Shown here piece after piece: positions 10,972-22,651 of a stretch of DNA of 64,000 nt. Position 1 is the stretch's first letter. The number at the start of each line of letters is the position of its first letter. The position numbers and the translations under genes were made by a program. Source of the DNA: Wickerhamiella versatilis (taxonomy: Eukaryota); contig JAQOWU010000008.1 in NCBI GenBank assembly GCA_030867685.1, forward strand, positions 2,480,001-2,544,000. The letters are read 5' to 3'. Under the pieces are notes generated by a model. It searched no databases. It saw nothing but the letters and a program-made list of their open reading frames with translations, and was not told the origin of the DNA.

Positions 10972-12048
10972 AGACAAATGTGTTCTATGTGGCGACTGTG
11001 AGGTGGGTAAAGGCTCGACAATATTCCACTCTGCTGAGCGTCCATTGACCTCAACATCTATCATTGTGATTAGAAGATCTTGTAATGTGTCCACATCTGT
11101 ACGAATAGAGCCAGCATACACTTGTATTTTGTGACCAGAGCGAACAATGTGGTCGAGACGAAGGTATATTTGAGCTACTAATTGACTGAGCTTTGACGCG
11201 ACTGGTGTCTCAACGTTGGGAACACCTACCTTACTGGCAACATGCGCAGCGTCCAAGGCAAACATTGCTAAACGTCTACAGTAGCGGTGAAATTCACGAG
11301 GGTTAGATCTCATTACTGTCTTCACTGAGTGGGGAAGATACAATTCCTCGGCATCAATGCCAATACGGAGACGCGGCTGATCCTTTCTTGGAAGATGCAA
11401 TTCGAAGGGAAGCCTTATACCCAAGAAGCTAGCCACAAATACAAGAAAATATGCCACTCGTTCGAACCCACTGTTAATCACAGCGGTAGAGTAGTGAGCA
11501 AGCTGTGACAGTTCTGGGATAATGCTGAAACCTAATATAAATTCGTATTCAGTATTTCTTCTTCGTTTTTTCTTCAGTGTGAATATTTCCAGTAACGTCT
11601 GAACGCAATTCGATTGAAGACCCATGCTCGAGCGAAAAAGTTGTATATAATCGCTTTCTAGCATTGTAGTTTGTGAATCTAATTTCCCTTGGAATTCCTT
11701 CACGTCATTGCTCATCGAAATCTGTCTCTGTCGTAAGGATTGACGTGCCGGTACAAATTGGGCATTTGCCAAATCCTTTTCTGCTATTAATCGGCTCGTT
11801 TCATCGCGCATCTCAGCAGTAAGCTGCTGGGTTCGTTCTAACTGTGATTGCAATGCTGCAACTTGGGAAACGAGTGAGTCTGCTTGTGCAGCGCCACAGT
11901 TCTTCGTCTTATCGACGGATTCCCGTAGAGAGGCCACTTGAGTTACCGCCTTAATCACGTTAACACGTGCTCGCAGCGTTAACTGCGTAGTACAAGAACC
12001 ACAATACACCCGGCGCTTGGGTTCGCCACAGATACTGCAGCTTACCAT
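10960..12048 (-). CDS. ATG14: Class III PI3K complex subunit, Atg14/Vps38(UVRAG) family
   Basis: N-terminal CSIC...YCGSC zinc motif, long coiled coil, and ASFLGIRLPFELHLP BARA-like region. Confidence 0.7.
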   Translation of the reverse strand: MVSCSICGEPKRRVYCGSCTTQLTLRARVNVIKAVTQVASLRESVDKTKNCGAAQADSLVSQVAALQSQLERTQQLTAEMRDETSRLIAEKDLANAQFVPARQSLRQRQISMSNDVKEFQGKLDSQTTMLESDYIQLFRSSMGLQSNCVQTLLEIFTLKKKRRRNTEYEFILGFSIIPELSQLAHYSTAVINSGFERVAYFLVFVASFLGIRLPFELHLPRKDQPRLRIGIDAEELYLPHSVKTVMRSNPREFHRYCRRLAMFALDAAHVASKVGVPNVETPVASKLSQLVAQIYLRLDHIVRSGHKIQVYAGSIRTDVDTLQDLLITMIDVEVNGRSAEWNIVEPLPTSQSPHRTHLSSVQ

Positions 12049-12280
12049 CCCGGGTGTGGGGACTTGTTAATAATCAAATTCATAGAATGGATATAGTGCG
12101 AGATACAAAGCCTGTTCATCTAATTGTTATTTTTCGGATGAACATATTGTTCAATATAAATCTAGTAAAAGCTCCATTAGTAGGAAATAGACATAAAACT
12201 CCTACTTATATTATAACTTGATATATTTAGCAGTGACTCCATGATTGTATATTGGCAAAGTGAGTGAGGTCGTCAAAATT

Positions 12281-12916
12281 CTACATGGTCCCACCTTCTC
12301 TGGAACAGCCAACCAGCTTCACACCAGCTTCTATAAGTTTTTGCTCCGCAACTCTGGCTCCTTGAGCACTGATTGGTTTAGTTGCATCTAAGATAACAGA
12401 AGTGGCGTATCCTAACCGTAAGGCATCCAAAGCAGTATTTAGGACACAGAATTCCTCAGCCAACCCAACTACAGTGACCTCATGCACGTGATGGTGGCGA
12501 AGAAATGAATCCAGGTCCGAACTGGTGTCCTGAAAGACATCCTGAAATGCTGAATAGAACTCAACGCTGGGATCGCTTCCTTTTTCTAGCACTTTGTCTA
12601 TATGTGAGAGGTCGAGAGAAGAAACAAGTTCAGCTCCATGGGTTTGCTGCACACAATGGTCAGGCCATGCTGTACTTTCAAAAGATTTGGATCCGGACCG
12701 CAACTTTAAAGGTTCGAAAGGCTTTAATCCTGGATGTGTAGATGCAAACGATACATGATTAGGAGGGTGCCAATCCTTTGTGGCAATCACATAATCCCAA
12801 ACATTCTTCTCAGCCAGAGCATTGATTAGGGGCACTATTGATCCACCATCTGGTACTGCTAATGCACCACCTTCGACAAAATCGTTCTGTAAATCGATAA
12901 TCAAAAGTGCACTCAT
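12281..12916 (-). CDS. PNC1: Nicotinamidase/pyrazinamidase
   Basis: IIDLQNDF, DWHPPNHVSF, WPDHCVQ, KG...YSAF and GLAEEFCV catalytic motifs. Confidence 0.95.
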   Translation of the reverse strand: MSALLIIDLQNDFVEGGALAVPDGGSIVPLINALAEKNVWDYVIATKDWHPPNHVSFASTHPGLKPFEPLKLRSGSKSFESTAWPDHCVQQTHGAELVSSLDLSHIDKVLEKGSDPSVEFYSAFQDVFQDTSSDLDSFLRHHHVHEVTVVGLAEEFCVLNTALDALRLGYATSVILDATKPISAQGARVAEQKLIEAGVKLVGCSREGGTM

Positions 12917-13440
12917 TACATTAGGTCACTTGCTTATACAGACTCACTTCGTAATTTCAGCCTTATATGCAGAGGAAAAACTCGTACTTATCACCTTACC
13001 AATATATTACAGAGTCTAACGAGCAACACAAAGATAAGTTTGTTCGATCTATTTTTTTTCCAGCTTGCAGCAACAAGAGGGGTGTCTGACAAGGATGAAT
13101 TATTTTTTTGAATGAATTATATGCCTATAAGGAAGAAGGGAGTAGCCGCTTATGTTATGTTCGTTTCTAGTAGCAAGGCGGGCTGTTGAACAACCTATCA
13201 AAAGGGCCAATTGCGGACCTTTTCATTGCATAATGGGTTAAGTTTTCAAATAAATCAGCATATCTTGCTAAAACTTGTGAATACTCTAATGATTTACCTC
13301 AGGGAAGGTCAAGACGCAGGGTCAAGAGTTGGGGTATATCATGGTTTTACTACCCTTTATAGGGGACGCCTTTTTCAGGGACAATAAAAGTTTCTAGCAT
13401 TCATGCGTTTTTAATACCCTAAAACACAACTTAGGCATAA

Positions 13441-13908
13441 TTAGTACTTAACAAACTGCTTCTTGGTCGAGGCGACAGGCGACACACGCAAGACGTTGAA
13501 ACGGACAGTCTTGGACAATGGGCGGCACTGGCCAACGGTAACAACATCACCATCCTGGACCCGGAAAGCAGGGCTGACATGAGCAGCGACGTTCTTGTGG
13601 CGCTTCTCGTATCGGTTATACTTGGGCACGTAGTGCAAGTATTCACGACGAATAATGATAGTTCGATGCATCTTGGTAGAGACGACGACACCGCTCAGGA
13701 TACGACCACGAATAGAAACCTCACCAGCGAACGGGCACTTCTTGTCGATGTAAGAGCCGAGAACAGCCTCCTTGGGGGTCTTGAATCCAAGGCCGACATC
13801 TTTGTACCAACGCTTGGTAGCCTTCGAGGTCTTAGACTTAGAGGCGTTAAAGATATGGGGCTGCTTTTGGAAAGCACGCTCCGACTGGACAGCGAGCTCA
13901 GTAGCCAT
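13441..13908 (-). CDS. RPS11: 40S ribosomal protein S11 (uS17), intronless
   Basis: ATG at 13908 gives [16 protein letters not shown]...YIDKKCPF...RYEKRHKN...[14 protein letters not shown]. Strong codon bias. Confidence 0.98.
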   Translation of the reverse strand: MATELAVQSERAFQKQPHIFNASKSKTSKATKRWYKDVGLGFKTPKEAVLGSYIDKKCPFAGEVSIRGRILSGVVVSTKMHRTIIIRREYLHYVPKYNRYEKRHKNVAAHVSPAFRVQDGDVVTVGQCRPLSKTVRFNVLRVSPVASTKKQFVKY

Positions 13909-14226
13909 GGTCTGATCTTTGGAACCGGAGCGTCGACCGCTAGCGTGAGAGTGCAAGACGATTGGGAACGCAGTGCCCTTAAGCCCTTATATGACTAATG
14001 TTATTAGATGACCCACATATGAAGCTTAGATCACATGAGACTGGGGGCTGATAGTCAAATGTTTTTTTTTAAAAAAATTTATAATTGGTATTTTTGAATT
14101 TTTATTTATAACTCTTTAGAACCTTCACTCAATTTGTTTGCACCTCTATTTTGCTTCTCCTCCACGGGCGAATGATTGTGCGGTGGCCTTAACCTCGAGC
14201 GTATTTTGTATCAATCTATATTATTT

Positions 14227-14601
14227 TCAGTTTTTATCCTCAGAATCTTCAGGATGCTTTGAGTTTTCGATCAACTTTATCACAGTGCCAACAACTTGGG
14301 AGTGCATAAGCGGAGATCCACTCACGCCACAGTTTAGGAATGTAGGAGTTTTCGTCTTCTCCGCAATTATCAATGCAAGGTGTGCTGCAGAATCTTTGAA
14401 TTCACGATGATCTACAAGCGTCGTAACAACTGCACCCCCCTTTTGGTTAGGAACTGCGTAAACCAGAGCCCCAAACAGAGGCGAGGCATCCTCATCTGCT
14501 GATTCCACCGTCACCTTCAAAGGTGTTTTACTACTACCCCAAAATACAGAACACTTCAACCCCCCCAGAGTCACATCCGAATCAGAGTTTATCTTCGCCA
14601 T
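14227..14601 (-). CDS. Proteasome assembly chaperone 4 (Poc4/PSMG4)-like small protein
   Basis: 124 aa. FGALVYAVP...VTTL...AAHLALIIAEKTKTPTFLNCG resembles the fungal POC4/PAC4 pattern. Confidence 0.6.
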   Translation of the reverse strand: MAKINSDSDVTLGGLKCSVFWGSSKTPLKVTVESADEDASPLFGALVYAVPNQKGGAVVTTLVDHREFKDSAAHLALIIAEKTKTPTFLNCGVSGSPLMHSQVVGTVIKLIENSKHPEDSEDKN

Positions 14602-14631
14602 TCAAGGGCCAGAATCATTTGAGTCATCACA

Positions 14632-15717
14632 ATGAGGGCGATTAGGACCTTTGTATCCAGTATCCCGCGCTATGTGAACGCTGCACCATTTGTTCCGTTG
14701 AAGTCGCCGACAGGATTTCCCGGGGCTGTTGGCAATACCCCGCTGATCAAATTAAACAAACTCAGTGAACGAACTGGTCGGCAGATCTGGGGGAAAGGTG
14801 AATTCATGAACCCCGGTGGCTCCGTCAAGGACCGTGCGGCACTTTTCATCATTGAAGATGCTGAAAAACGTGGACAGATTGGCCCTGGTGCCACGATCGT
14901 AGAGGGCACTGCCGGCAACACTGGTATTGGACTTGCACATGTATGCCGCTCAAGGGGGTACAAATGTGTTATCTATATGCCAAATACACAGTCTCAGGGT
15001 AAAATTGACATACTTCGGCTGCTAGGTGCTGAAGTTCACCCCGTGCCTGCTGTCCCATATGCTGATCCAAATAACTACAATCACCAAGCAAAGCGTCATG
15101 CGGAATCTCTCGACAATGCAGTTTGGACAAACCAATTCGATAATTTGGCAAACAGACAGGCACATATTGATACGACAGGCCCAGAGATCTGGGCTCAGAC
15201 TAATGGTGAAATAGCCGCATTTACATGTGCCACAGGAACTGGCGGCTCTTTGGCTGGTACGACCCGCTACTTAAAAGACATCAGTGAAGGGGGTGTCAAA
15301 TGTTACCTGGCTGATCCTCCAGGTAGTGTACTATACAGCTATATCACCACAGGACACATGGAACGTGGTGGCTCTTCTATCACGGAAGGTATTGGCCAGG
15401 GTCGCGTGACGGAAAACCTTGGAGCGGACATTTCCCTTCTTGACGGTGCAGTCAAAATCCCGGACGAGGAAACAATTGAGATGGTCTATAGGCTATTAGA
15501 TGAGGAGGGTATTTTCTTGGGTGCGTCTTCGTGCTTGAACGTAGTTGCTGCTGCGAAGGTTGCTGCCTTTGTTCCCGAGGATTCTCATGTGGTTACGCTT
15601 CTTTGCGACTCTGCGGAACGTTATGCGAACCGTTTGTTCAGTCACAACTGGCTTGAAAGTAAAGGACTGCTCTCAGCAATTCCTTCTCACCTTAAGAAGT
15701 ACATAGTGTTACCATAG
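14632..15717 (+). CDS. Cysteine synthase (O-acetylserine sulfhydrylase, PLP-dependent), likely mitochondrial
   Basis: [16 protein letters not shown] (PLP lysine), [16 protein letters not shown] and TEGIGQGR motifs. Basic N-terminal presequence. Confidence 0.93.
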   Translation: MRAIRTFVSSIPRYVNAAPFVPLKSPTGFPGAVGNTPLIKLNKLSERTGRQIWGKGEFMNPGGSVKDRAALFIIEDAEKRGQIGPGATIVEGTAGNTGIGLAHVCRSRGYKCVIYMPNTQSQGKIDILRLLGAEVHPVPAVPYADPNNYNHQAKRHAESLDNAVWTNQFDNLANRQAHIDTTGPEIWAQTNGEIAAFTCATGTGGSLAGTTRYLKDISEGGVKCYLADPPGSVLYSYITTGHMERGGSSITEGIGQGRVTENLGADISLLDGAVKIPDEETIEMVYRLLDEEGIFLGASSCLNVVAAAKVAAFVPEDSHVVTLLCDSAERYANRLFSHNWLESKGLLSAIPSHLKKYIVLP

Positions 15718-16134
15718 GAATATTAGGGTGTAAAAGAGGTATTCTATTGCGGGATCTTTATCGGATAAAGTCTTTATAATTAGTGTGTCAATGCAAGTGT
15801 GCAACACTAAGCGAAATTCATTTGTGCTCCCAGCCAGCCCCCTAATGACTAGCAGGATACTTACTTAGGCCCAATTTTAGAACCATTTGCTGCATGCAGT
15901 CTTGGCTTCAAAATGTGCTTGAGGAGTTTCCTCACACAATGAAAACTCATACACAGTACATCACTCCTAAGTCGGACAGATCGCGTCCGTCAATGCCATC
16001 CCTATTACGTGGAGGCATTCAAGGCGCTCATAGCAGGCCATTAGCCTCAAACATTCTGCAGAAGTATAATTGACTTCCCAGGTCTTTTCCGTCCTAACAA
16101 GTGCTGTTTTTTTGATGAACATTGCAGATTCTGC

Positions 16135-16167
16135 AGAGAGAGAAAGGGAGGAAGGGAGAGAGAGAGA
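16135..16167. repeat. 33-nt pure-purine (GA-rich) tract
   Basis: agagagagaaagggaggaagggagagagagaga read directly. Confidence 0.85.
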
Positions 16168-16237
16168 TGCATGTGTGAGGGAGTGCGTTTACTAGTCCTC
16201 TTCAGAGTAAATTATAAGAATATAGCAATAAATATAT

Positions 16238-18091
16238 TTATTCACAGTAACTTAAGTTGAGAGCTACAATTTCCTGGCATAAAGTTGGCCAGTCCGTAGC
16301 CCGTACCTTTCGCGAGCCCTGCTTGCGCTTCTCTTCATACCTGAGAAGCTCATACATCAATCGTAGATTAGGTTGGATAACGACGTTTAGCCTACGAACA
16401 CGCACATGAAAATATGCCTCAGGCAATGAATAATGTAGGCGTCGCATGACTTCTGCAATGCAGACGGCAGCGCTCCGTGATACACCCATTCGACAATGCA
16501 CTAGTGTGGGAATGTTTTTAAGATAAGAGTCTTCGAGAATTGAAAACAAATAAGGCAAAACATTCTCCAAACTATCTGTACCATCATCCTGAAGGTCATT
16601 GATAGCAACAACCTCCTGATCTTCAAATGATCGCCATGCCAACCGTTCCCCTACGCTGATAACACGACGGATTCCCAGAGCCTTCAGCATTCGATGGTTA
16701 TTTGCCTCTATGATAGATCCCAAGAATAGATAAGGAAGAATCTTGGAAGGGAACGACCCTTTGAATTCACGAAGCCACCCAGATAACGGCATAGGACATG
16801 GGACCGTACCGATGTCGATGACTGCGCCAATATTAGAACCATATTCATCACTCAGAGGGCTGAATTTATGAAGCAAAGGCATCATTCTTGCTGCCAAGGT
16901 GACATCGGTGGGATGCAGCGAAATAGGGCGTCTCGCTCGGACCTGTAAATCTAATAATGCATCCTCAACTGAAAGCATCCGCGTGTAAATTAAGTATAAT
17001 AATCCCAGAATCGAGTTACAGCGGTACCCGTCATCGGAATAAATCAAAGTGCCATTATATTGCCCTCGAACATAGATGAGCTTACAGAAACTGATGAGAA
17101 TACAACTCAATTTCGTGTCAAGTTCACCCAATACCCCGAAACCCGGAAACTTAAGAAATGAAAATGGCGAGTTATGCACTTCATGGCAATTTCGGACGGC
17201 GTATCTGATTAATTGGTCAATCTTTGGCAGGGTTGGAAGGTCAGCTGGTCCATAGCCAGCACTACACTCGACAAAAAGATTCCACTTCCGATCAGCGTAC
17301 GCATCGCCATTGAGAGCTCTCATATGTTCGAAATGCCTTACATCAGTTCCATTACCCATCCAAACACCCTCGGCAATTGGTGAAGCTTTTGTCACATGTA
17401 ATATACCGATCTGCTCAGCAGCATATAAATGGCCATCCCGCCCCGCACTGAATGATTCGACAAAGGGATCGTATATGATGTAGTCAGATCTATCCAAAAA
17501 TGTCTCAGGGAGTTTACCGACATAACTATATGTGCGTCGACTCAGGCCCAAGGCATTTTGCTCTTTAGCTATAATGTTGGAAATCGCTCTTACATCAGAC
17601 TCATTGTCAAAGGAAGGAGAATATACGAGAATATCACAAACTGTAGCATAACGCGCAGGTTGAGAGGCAAAGTCACGAATCGTCAGTACTCCTTTCGGAC
17701 GATCGCGAAAATGCTCTTTGTCAAGTATGTCGTCGGGCTTAAAAGAGTATCTCAATGTCCCACCTAGATTCATTTCGTCACCAACTTTTATTCGCATTAG
17801 GCCGCATCTAATATTGGGTCTCTCATACAGGTTGCACCATCCCTCTTTTCCCAGTCGTTGGCCAAAGAACGCGAGGGTGCTTGCATTCGCTTCATGTATA
17901 CCATGAAGCCAAGGAAACAGCTCGTCCACATCTGGACTAGGTGTTGCTTCCTCGGCCTCTAGCAAACTCGCGAGAACGGACTCACTCCGAAGCTCTGAAA
18001 CAGCGAATTGTGAAACCGAAACGGTCGCGTCCTGGGCAATGTTTGTTTGATCAGGTGAGAAATCAAGCTTCTCAACCCCTGCAAGAGCCAT
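16238..18091 (-). CDS. PPS1: Dual-specificity protein phosphatase, Pps1-like
   Basis: LFPWLHG N-terminal motif, a degenerate first DSP domain (IYSDDGY), PSKILPYLFLG, catalytic VHCRMGVSRS and VRVRRLNVVIQPN. Confidence 0.9.
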   Translation of the reverse strand: MALAGVEKLDFSPDQTNIAQDATVSVSQFAVSELRSESVLASLLEAEEATPSPDVDELFPWLHGIHEANASTLAFFGQRLGKEGWCNLYERPNIRCGLMRIKVGDEMNLGGTLRYSFKPDDILDKEHFRDRPKGVLTIRDFASQPARYATVCDILVYSPSFDNESDVRAISNIIAKEQNALGLSRRTYSYVGKLPETFLDRSDYIIYDPFVESFSAGRDGHLYAAEQIGILHVTKASPIAEGVWMGNGTDVRHFEHMRALNGDAYADRKWNLFVECSAGYGPADLPTLPKIDQLIRYAVRNCHEVHNSPFSFLKFPGFGVLGELDTKLSCILISFCKLIYVRGQYNGTLIYSDDGYRCNSILGLLYLIYTRMLSVEDALLDLQVRARRPISLHPTDVTLAARMMPLLHKFSPLSDEYGSNIGAVIDIGTVPCPMPLSGWLREFKGSFPSKILPYLFLGSIIEANNHRMLKALGIRRVISVGERLAWRSFEDQEVVAINDLQDDGTDSLENVLPYLFSILEDSYLKNIPTLVHCRMGVSRSAAVCIAEVMRRLHYSLPEAYFHVRVRRLNVVIQPNLRLMYELLRYEEKRKQGSRKVRATDWPTLCQEIVALNLSYCE

Positions 18092-18398
18092 CCGAAAACT
18101 ATTAGACTAATACCACGTTACCAGTGTCCTCCAAACTTTTAGCTTTCTAGGAACCAGCCTGCTTATCAGATACATGGGCTAGGTTTCGGCATCTAATTAA
18201 GATTCCTACGCTTACACTGAGAGACAGTGGAATTCACCGTCTATGAAGTACCTTTAGTGGATGCAGATAGAATCTACAGTACAGAGAGTAAATCATAACA
18301 TCCTATAGTTTTAAATTTGCCATCGTAGGTATCGAAAGTTTCCAGTAAACAAAAATAATCCGAGGTAATAATATAAAATTATAGCTGTCTAACAAGCA

Positions 18399-19256
18399 TT
18401 ATGCTCTTCCCATTCCTTTTTCCCACAGAGGTCCTGCGAAATGCTTCACTCTGTCGGATACGGCCTGCATCGAATCTATAGCGGGTCGAACATCAACACT
18501 GAATGCGGGTGCGTCTCCTTCGTCAGGTGCTTCGTAAAAGTCAATAACATATCGGACTTCCTGCCATTGTCCGTCAGGAGATGGACGAAGAACGGTCCAA
18601 TCATGACGGTCAAATGGCAAAGGAGCTCCAAATTTCGAGGGCCAAACCTTTCCGGCCCAGTGTATAAGTCGCGCGCGAGGCGAAAGATCGTGAGGTCGGC
18701 CTGTAAACCGTAACAATCTTGGATGCACACCAGCCTTGTCCGCGTACGGCTTCTCCCATTCAAGTACTTCGTTCCATACCCCTTCGTTCAGAAAATTATG
18801 CACTGCCACCATAGATTCAACAGCATCCTCAGGAATGTCATCCGAGCTTCCGGACTTACGCACCATTGCATTGAGCATTTGCTGCGGAGAGGGGTATTCC
18901 CAATTGCCTTCCCCATTATCCTTTCCGCGAGGAATCGAGGATATGGTACGGTCAGCAGGAAGATCTGTTTTCTGACCAGGTAGACGAGTATTCTTCAACG
19001 CAGGCATATTATTCAGAGGATTCAAACGCGGATCGCTATGGTTTACTGGGCATTTTGCACTGGACTCGGAACTGGGTGCTGGCGTGTACTTCGTGTGAAC
19101 GGGGCATTGCGAAATATCCAAAGACATGTCTCTATGCTTTGACGTGGAGTCCGTCCTAAGAGAAGGGGACCACATAAGACCCCATAAAGCATTACGGTAT
19201 GTAGGTGGTTGCGGTTGCACCTCTCGCGCTGGCGCGCTAGACCAAAACAAACCCAT
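18399..19256 (-). CDS. CYC3: Holocytochrome c synthase (cytochrome c heme lyase)
   Basis: Two CPV heme-regulatory motifs, LNPLNNMP, WEYPSPQQMLNAMVRK, HNFLNEG and PFDRHDW...RYVIDFY. Confidence 0.93.
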   Translation of the reverse strand: MGLFWSSAPAREVQPQPPTYRNALWGLMWSPSLRTDSTSKHRDMSLDISQCPVHTKYTPAPSSESSAKCPVNHSDPRLNPLNNMPALKNTRLPGQKTDLPADRTISSIPRGKDNGEGNWEYPSPQQMLNAMVRKSGSSDDIPEDAVESMVAVHNFLNEGVWNEVLEWEKPYADKAGVHPRLLRFTGRPHDLSPRARLIHWAGKVWPSKFGAPLPFDRHDWTVLRPSPDGQWQEVRYVIDFYEAPDEGDAPAFSVDVRPAIDSMQAVSDRVKHFAGPLWEKGMGRA

Positions 19257-19496
19257 TTATTATACGAGAGAGAAAAGGGGATATTATGATTATATAACAA
19301 ATCCTGGATTCTTCTGCTTGACCTGGAACCATCCGCGCATATAAATATTTATTTATCTGGTGACATTCATCACAATAATAGATGGCTTGCTATATCTGAT
19401 ACTGACGTGCAAAAATTTCTTTTGTAAGATTGTGACTTAATCTGATATACACAAACAAAACTCGTTAAAACTAAGATTGTACAGTGAAAAATTCGT

Positions 19497-20699
19497 TTAA
19501 GGATGCTGTGGGAGCAATCTTGGCAGATTAGCATGCTCTGCATTGAATTTGAATAAGGATTGGCGCCCAGCATGATGCCACCAGCGCGGCAAACAGCTCC
19601 AAGAGGCAAAATCAACATTGTCACCCTCAATCTCAGGGCAGAGACATCTACCGGTAGAATAAGAAGCAGTGTCATGAGGACAGCGCCAAAAAGGTACATG
19701 ATAGTATCCAATATCGCTGAAATGGTGGATTTGTGATTTGTTTGCCAGCCCTAGTAAGCCGAGTGTATGAACCGAGGCGTCTCCCCATCTTTCGTAAAAG
19801 AAACCACCAGTTTTGTCCAGATGATCAAAATATCTAAGATACCGCGGATCTCTCCAGAAGTTTAAGCTCCCGATCTCAAAATTACTCCAAAAATGACATA
19901 GATTGTATCCGGTACCGTCGTCGGGGATATATTCTTCTTCCCACATCTGTCTGAAATCAGTGGCAAAGTCCCAGCCATTATCAACAGCAACATCTTCAGG
20001 ATGATTGTCAAAGTAAGATTTGGCTGTGTGATATAATGTGGGAATCGTTTCAGGCACTTCATGTAAGGAAATTACGAACCCGTACACTTTGTTGTTTTCC
20101 CTGAGAAACTTGAAAGGATCATATCTTTGATCACAAAAATAATGAACTCCTGGTTCGACGCGCCAGTACCAATCATACTTGAGCATCAATGGATGTCGGA
20201 AAAAAAATCCAGAATTGAACCGGCACATATGACGATACGAATAGGACCCTCCGTATATAATTCCTTCATCCTCCATTCTCTTCACACACTGTTCAAATTT
20301 TTCAGAATCAATATGGGAAGGAAGACTCCAATGCTCAGTCGGAACCAACCCATACTCTACATGCCCACTGACCATTCCTGTGGTCAATATACGAAACTCA
20401 TCAGTGAATTCCTCGTCATTCAAAAAAACCCAAGGATACTTAAAATAACGGTTAAAACGATCCTCAAGCTCCCTTATGGATTTTAATGCTTCATGTACCT
20501 CGTAATTACGCACTAGCATATAAATGCAGGCATTTTCCTTGCCAATTTGTTCCCTATCATGTTCAACGTTAGGGATGTTTGGCCAATATGTCAAGTCCGA
20601 GAGTGTCTGTTCTGTTTCGAGGGCTTTTCGATCCTTGCCTGCGCTCCAAACAATGAATATTCCAACACAAAGAACGACAGCCGACAAAACTCGGCGCAT
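19497..20699 (-). CDS. GT15 alpha-1,2-mannosyltransferase (KRE2/KTR family)
   Basis: N-terminal signal anchor, LEDRFN, YRHMCRFNSGFF, WRVEP, CHFWSNFEI and FFYERWGDA. Confidence 0.95.
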   Translation of the reverse strand: MRRVLSAVVLCVGIFIVWSAGKDRKALETEQTLSDLTYWPNIPNVEHDREQIGKENACIYMLVRNYEVHEALKSIRELEDRFNRYFKYPWVFLNDEEFTDEFRILTTGMVSGHVEYGLVPTEHWSLPSHIDSEKFEQCVKRMEDEGIIYGGSYSYRHMCRFNSGFFFRHPLMLKYDWYWRVEPGVHYFCDQRYDPFKFLRENNKVYGFVISLHEVPETIPTLYHTAKSYFDNHPEDVAVDNGWDFATDFRQMWEEEYIPDDGTGYNLCHFWSNFEIGSLNFWRDPRYLRYFDHLDKTGGFFYERWGDASVHTLGLLGLANKSQIHHFSDIGYYHVPFWRCPHDTASYSTGRCLCPEIEGDNVDFASWSCLPRWWHHAGRQSLFKFNAEHANLPRLLPQHP

Positions 20700-21066
20700 G
20701 GCTCAAAATGGACTGAACCTGGGTATGATTTTTTTAGTAATAATCGATATGTTAGCTTACCACACAAGAGAGGCTCCAGAGCATCTACTATCTGTCTTTA
20801 AAAGATAAAATAAAAGACACACTTCCCATAGAGATAGGCTAAACGGTGTTTTGAGTGCACAATGTTATCACTGACGAGGAGGAGGAAAAGGTGTAGGAAA
20901 GAAATAGCAATAAATCATTAAACGGTAAAGCTTTGAGGTAGTCATATGGCGCTCATATCAGTTTGTAAATCCTAGCCTGTGTCCTCCGTAACAAGCCATC
21001 TAGTGATAAATATATATGACGATACTCTGATCACGTTATTAGTAATCCGCAACCTTGTGCAGGAGT

Positions 21067-22572
21067 ATGGCGGCAACACTTTCTGACAAGGAGCTCTTTG
21101 AGCTCAACAAGCAAGCGGTGACGCAGAATTTCAGCCTGAACCCCCATTTGACCTACAACACTGTGCAGTCTGTCAACGGGCCCCTGGTGATCTTGGATAA
21201 AGTAAAGTATCCTCGTTACGGAGAAATTGTCAGTCTTTCTCTTCCTGACGGTTCCTCTCGTCAAGGACAAGTCCTAGAAGTCAAGGGTAACCGTGCAGTC
21301 GTTCAGGTTTTCCAGGGTACCTCGGGTATCGATGTTAAGAAGACCACCATCGAGTTCACCGGTGAGAACCTTAAAATCCCAGTCTCAGATGATATGCTTG
21401 GTCGGGTGTTTAACGGAAGTGGTACACCTATAGATTCTGGTCCTCGTGTACTGGCTGAGGATTTCCTTGATATCAACGGCAGTCCTATTAATCCTTACAG
21501 TCGTACTTATCCTGAGGAGATGATCTCCACGGGTATTTCGACAATAGATTGTATGAATTCCATTGCTCGTGGCCAGAAGATTCCTATTTTCTCTGCCTCA
21601 GGTCTTCCGCACGATGAAATTGCTGCTCAGATCTGTCGCCAGGCCTCTTTGGCCAAGCCGACGAAGGATGTCCATGATGGTCATGAGGATAATTTCTCGA
21701 TTGTGTTTGCAGCAATGGGTGCGAACCGTGAGACTGCTCGTTTCTTCCAGCATGACTTCGAGCAGAACGGCTCTCTGGACCGTACAGTCCTATTTTTGAA
21801 CTTGGCTAATGATCCTACAATTGAGCGAATCATCACACCTCGTCTTGCACTTACCACAGCGGAGTACCTTGCCTACCAGACCGAACGTCATGTGCTTACA
21901 ATTATGACTGACATGAGTTCCTACGCAGACGCCCTACGTGAGGTCAGTGCAGCCCGTGAAGAGGTGCCAGGACGTCGTGGTTACCCGGGTTATATGTACA
22001 CGGATTTGTCCACTATTTACGAGCGTGCTGGTCGTGTAGAGGGCCGAAATGGTTCTATTACACAGATTCCGATTTTGTCCATGCCGAACGATGATATGAA
22101 CCACCCAATTCCCGACTTGACTGGGTATATCACGGAAGGCCAGATATTCGTGGATCGCCAGCTTCACTCGCGTGGTATATATCCCCCTATCAATGTGCTT
22201 CCGTCGCTTTCTCGTCTAATGAAGGCAGCCATTGGTGAGGGAATGACCCGAAAAGATCATGGCGATGTGTCTAATCAGCTCTATGCTAAATATGCCATCG
22301 GTCGTGATGCTGCAGCAATGAAAGCAGTTGTTGGTGAGGAAGCGCTAAGCACGGAGGATAAGCTATCACTCGAGTTCCTTGATAAATTTGAGCGTACCTT
22401 CGTGGCCCAAGGTAAATATGAAAACAGAACTGTGATAGAGTCTCTGGACCTTGCCTGGAGTCTATTGCGTATCTATCCAAAGGAATTGCTGAATCGTATC
22501 AGTCCTAAGATTCTGGATGAATTCTACGATCGTCGTCCGCGTCACCCTGAGGATGAGGACGCTGAAGAATAA
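21067..22572 (+). CDS. VMA2: V-ATPase V1 subunit B
   Basis: First ATG at 21067. [25 protein letters not shown] and [17 protein letters not shown] motifs. Confidence 0.98.
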   Translation: MAATLSDKELFELNKQAVTQNFSLNPHLTYNTVQSVNGPLVILDKVKYPRYGEIVSLSLPDGSSRQGQVLEVKGNRAVVQVFQGTSGIDVKKTTIEFTGENLKIPVSDDMLGRVFNGSGTPIDSGPRVLAEDFLDINGSPINPYSRTYPEEMISTGISTIDCMNSIARGQKIPIFSASGLPHDEIAAQICRQASLAKPTKDVHDGHEDNFSIVFAAMGANRETARFFQHDFEQNGSLDRTVLFLNLANDPTIERIITPRLALTTAEYLAYQTERHVLTIMTDMSSYADALREVSAAREEVPGRRGYPGYMYTDLSTIYERAGRVEGRNGSITQIPILSMPNDDMNHPIPDLTGYITEGQIFVDRQLHSRGIYPPINVLPSLSRLMKAAIGEGMTRKDHGDVSNQLYAKYAIGRDAAAMKAVVGEEALSTEDKLSLEFLDKFERTFVAQGKYENRTVIESLDLAWSLLRIYPKELLNRISPKILDEFYDRRPRHPEDEDAEE

Positions 22573-22651
22573 ACTTTTAAGACTGAATTGAGCAAACTAT
22601 TGGAATAGTCTTAATATCAACATTTTCTAAACAAAAAAAACTGGCCTAGAT

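Noticed and set aside
15857-15866. ATACTTACTT resembling the 5' end of U1 snRNA
   Set aside because: It differs from ATACTTACCT, and I could not find the U1-70K loop (GATCA.GAAG) or a properly placed Sm site.
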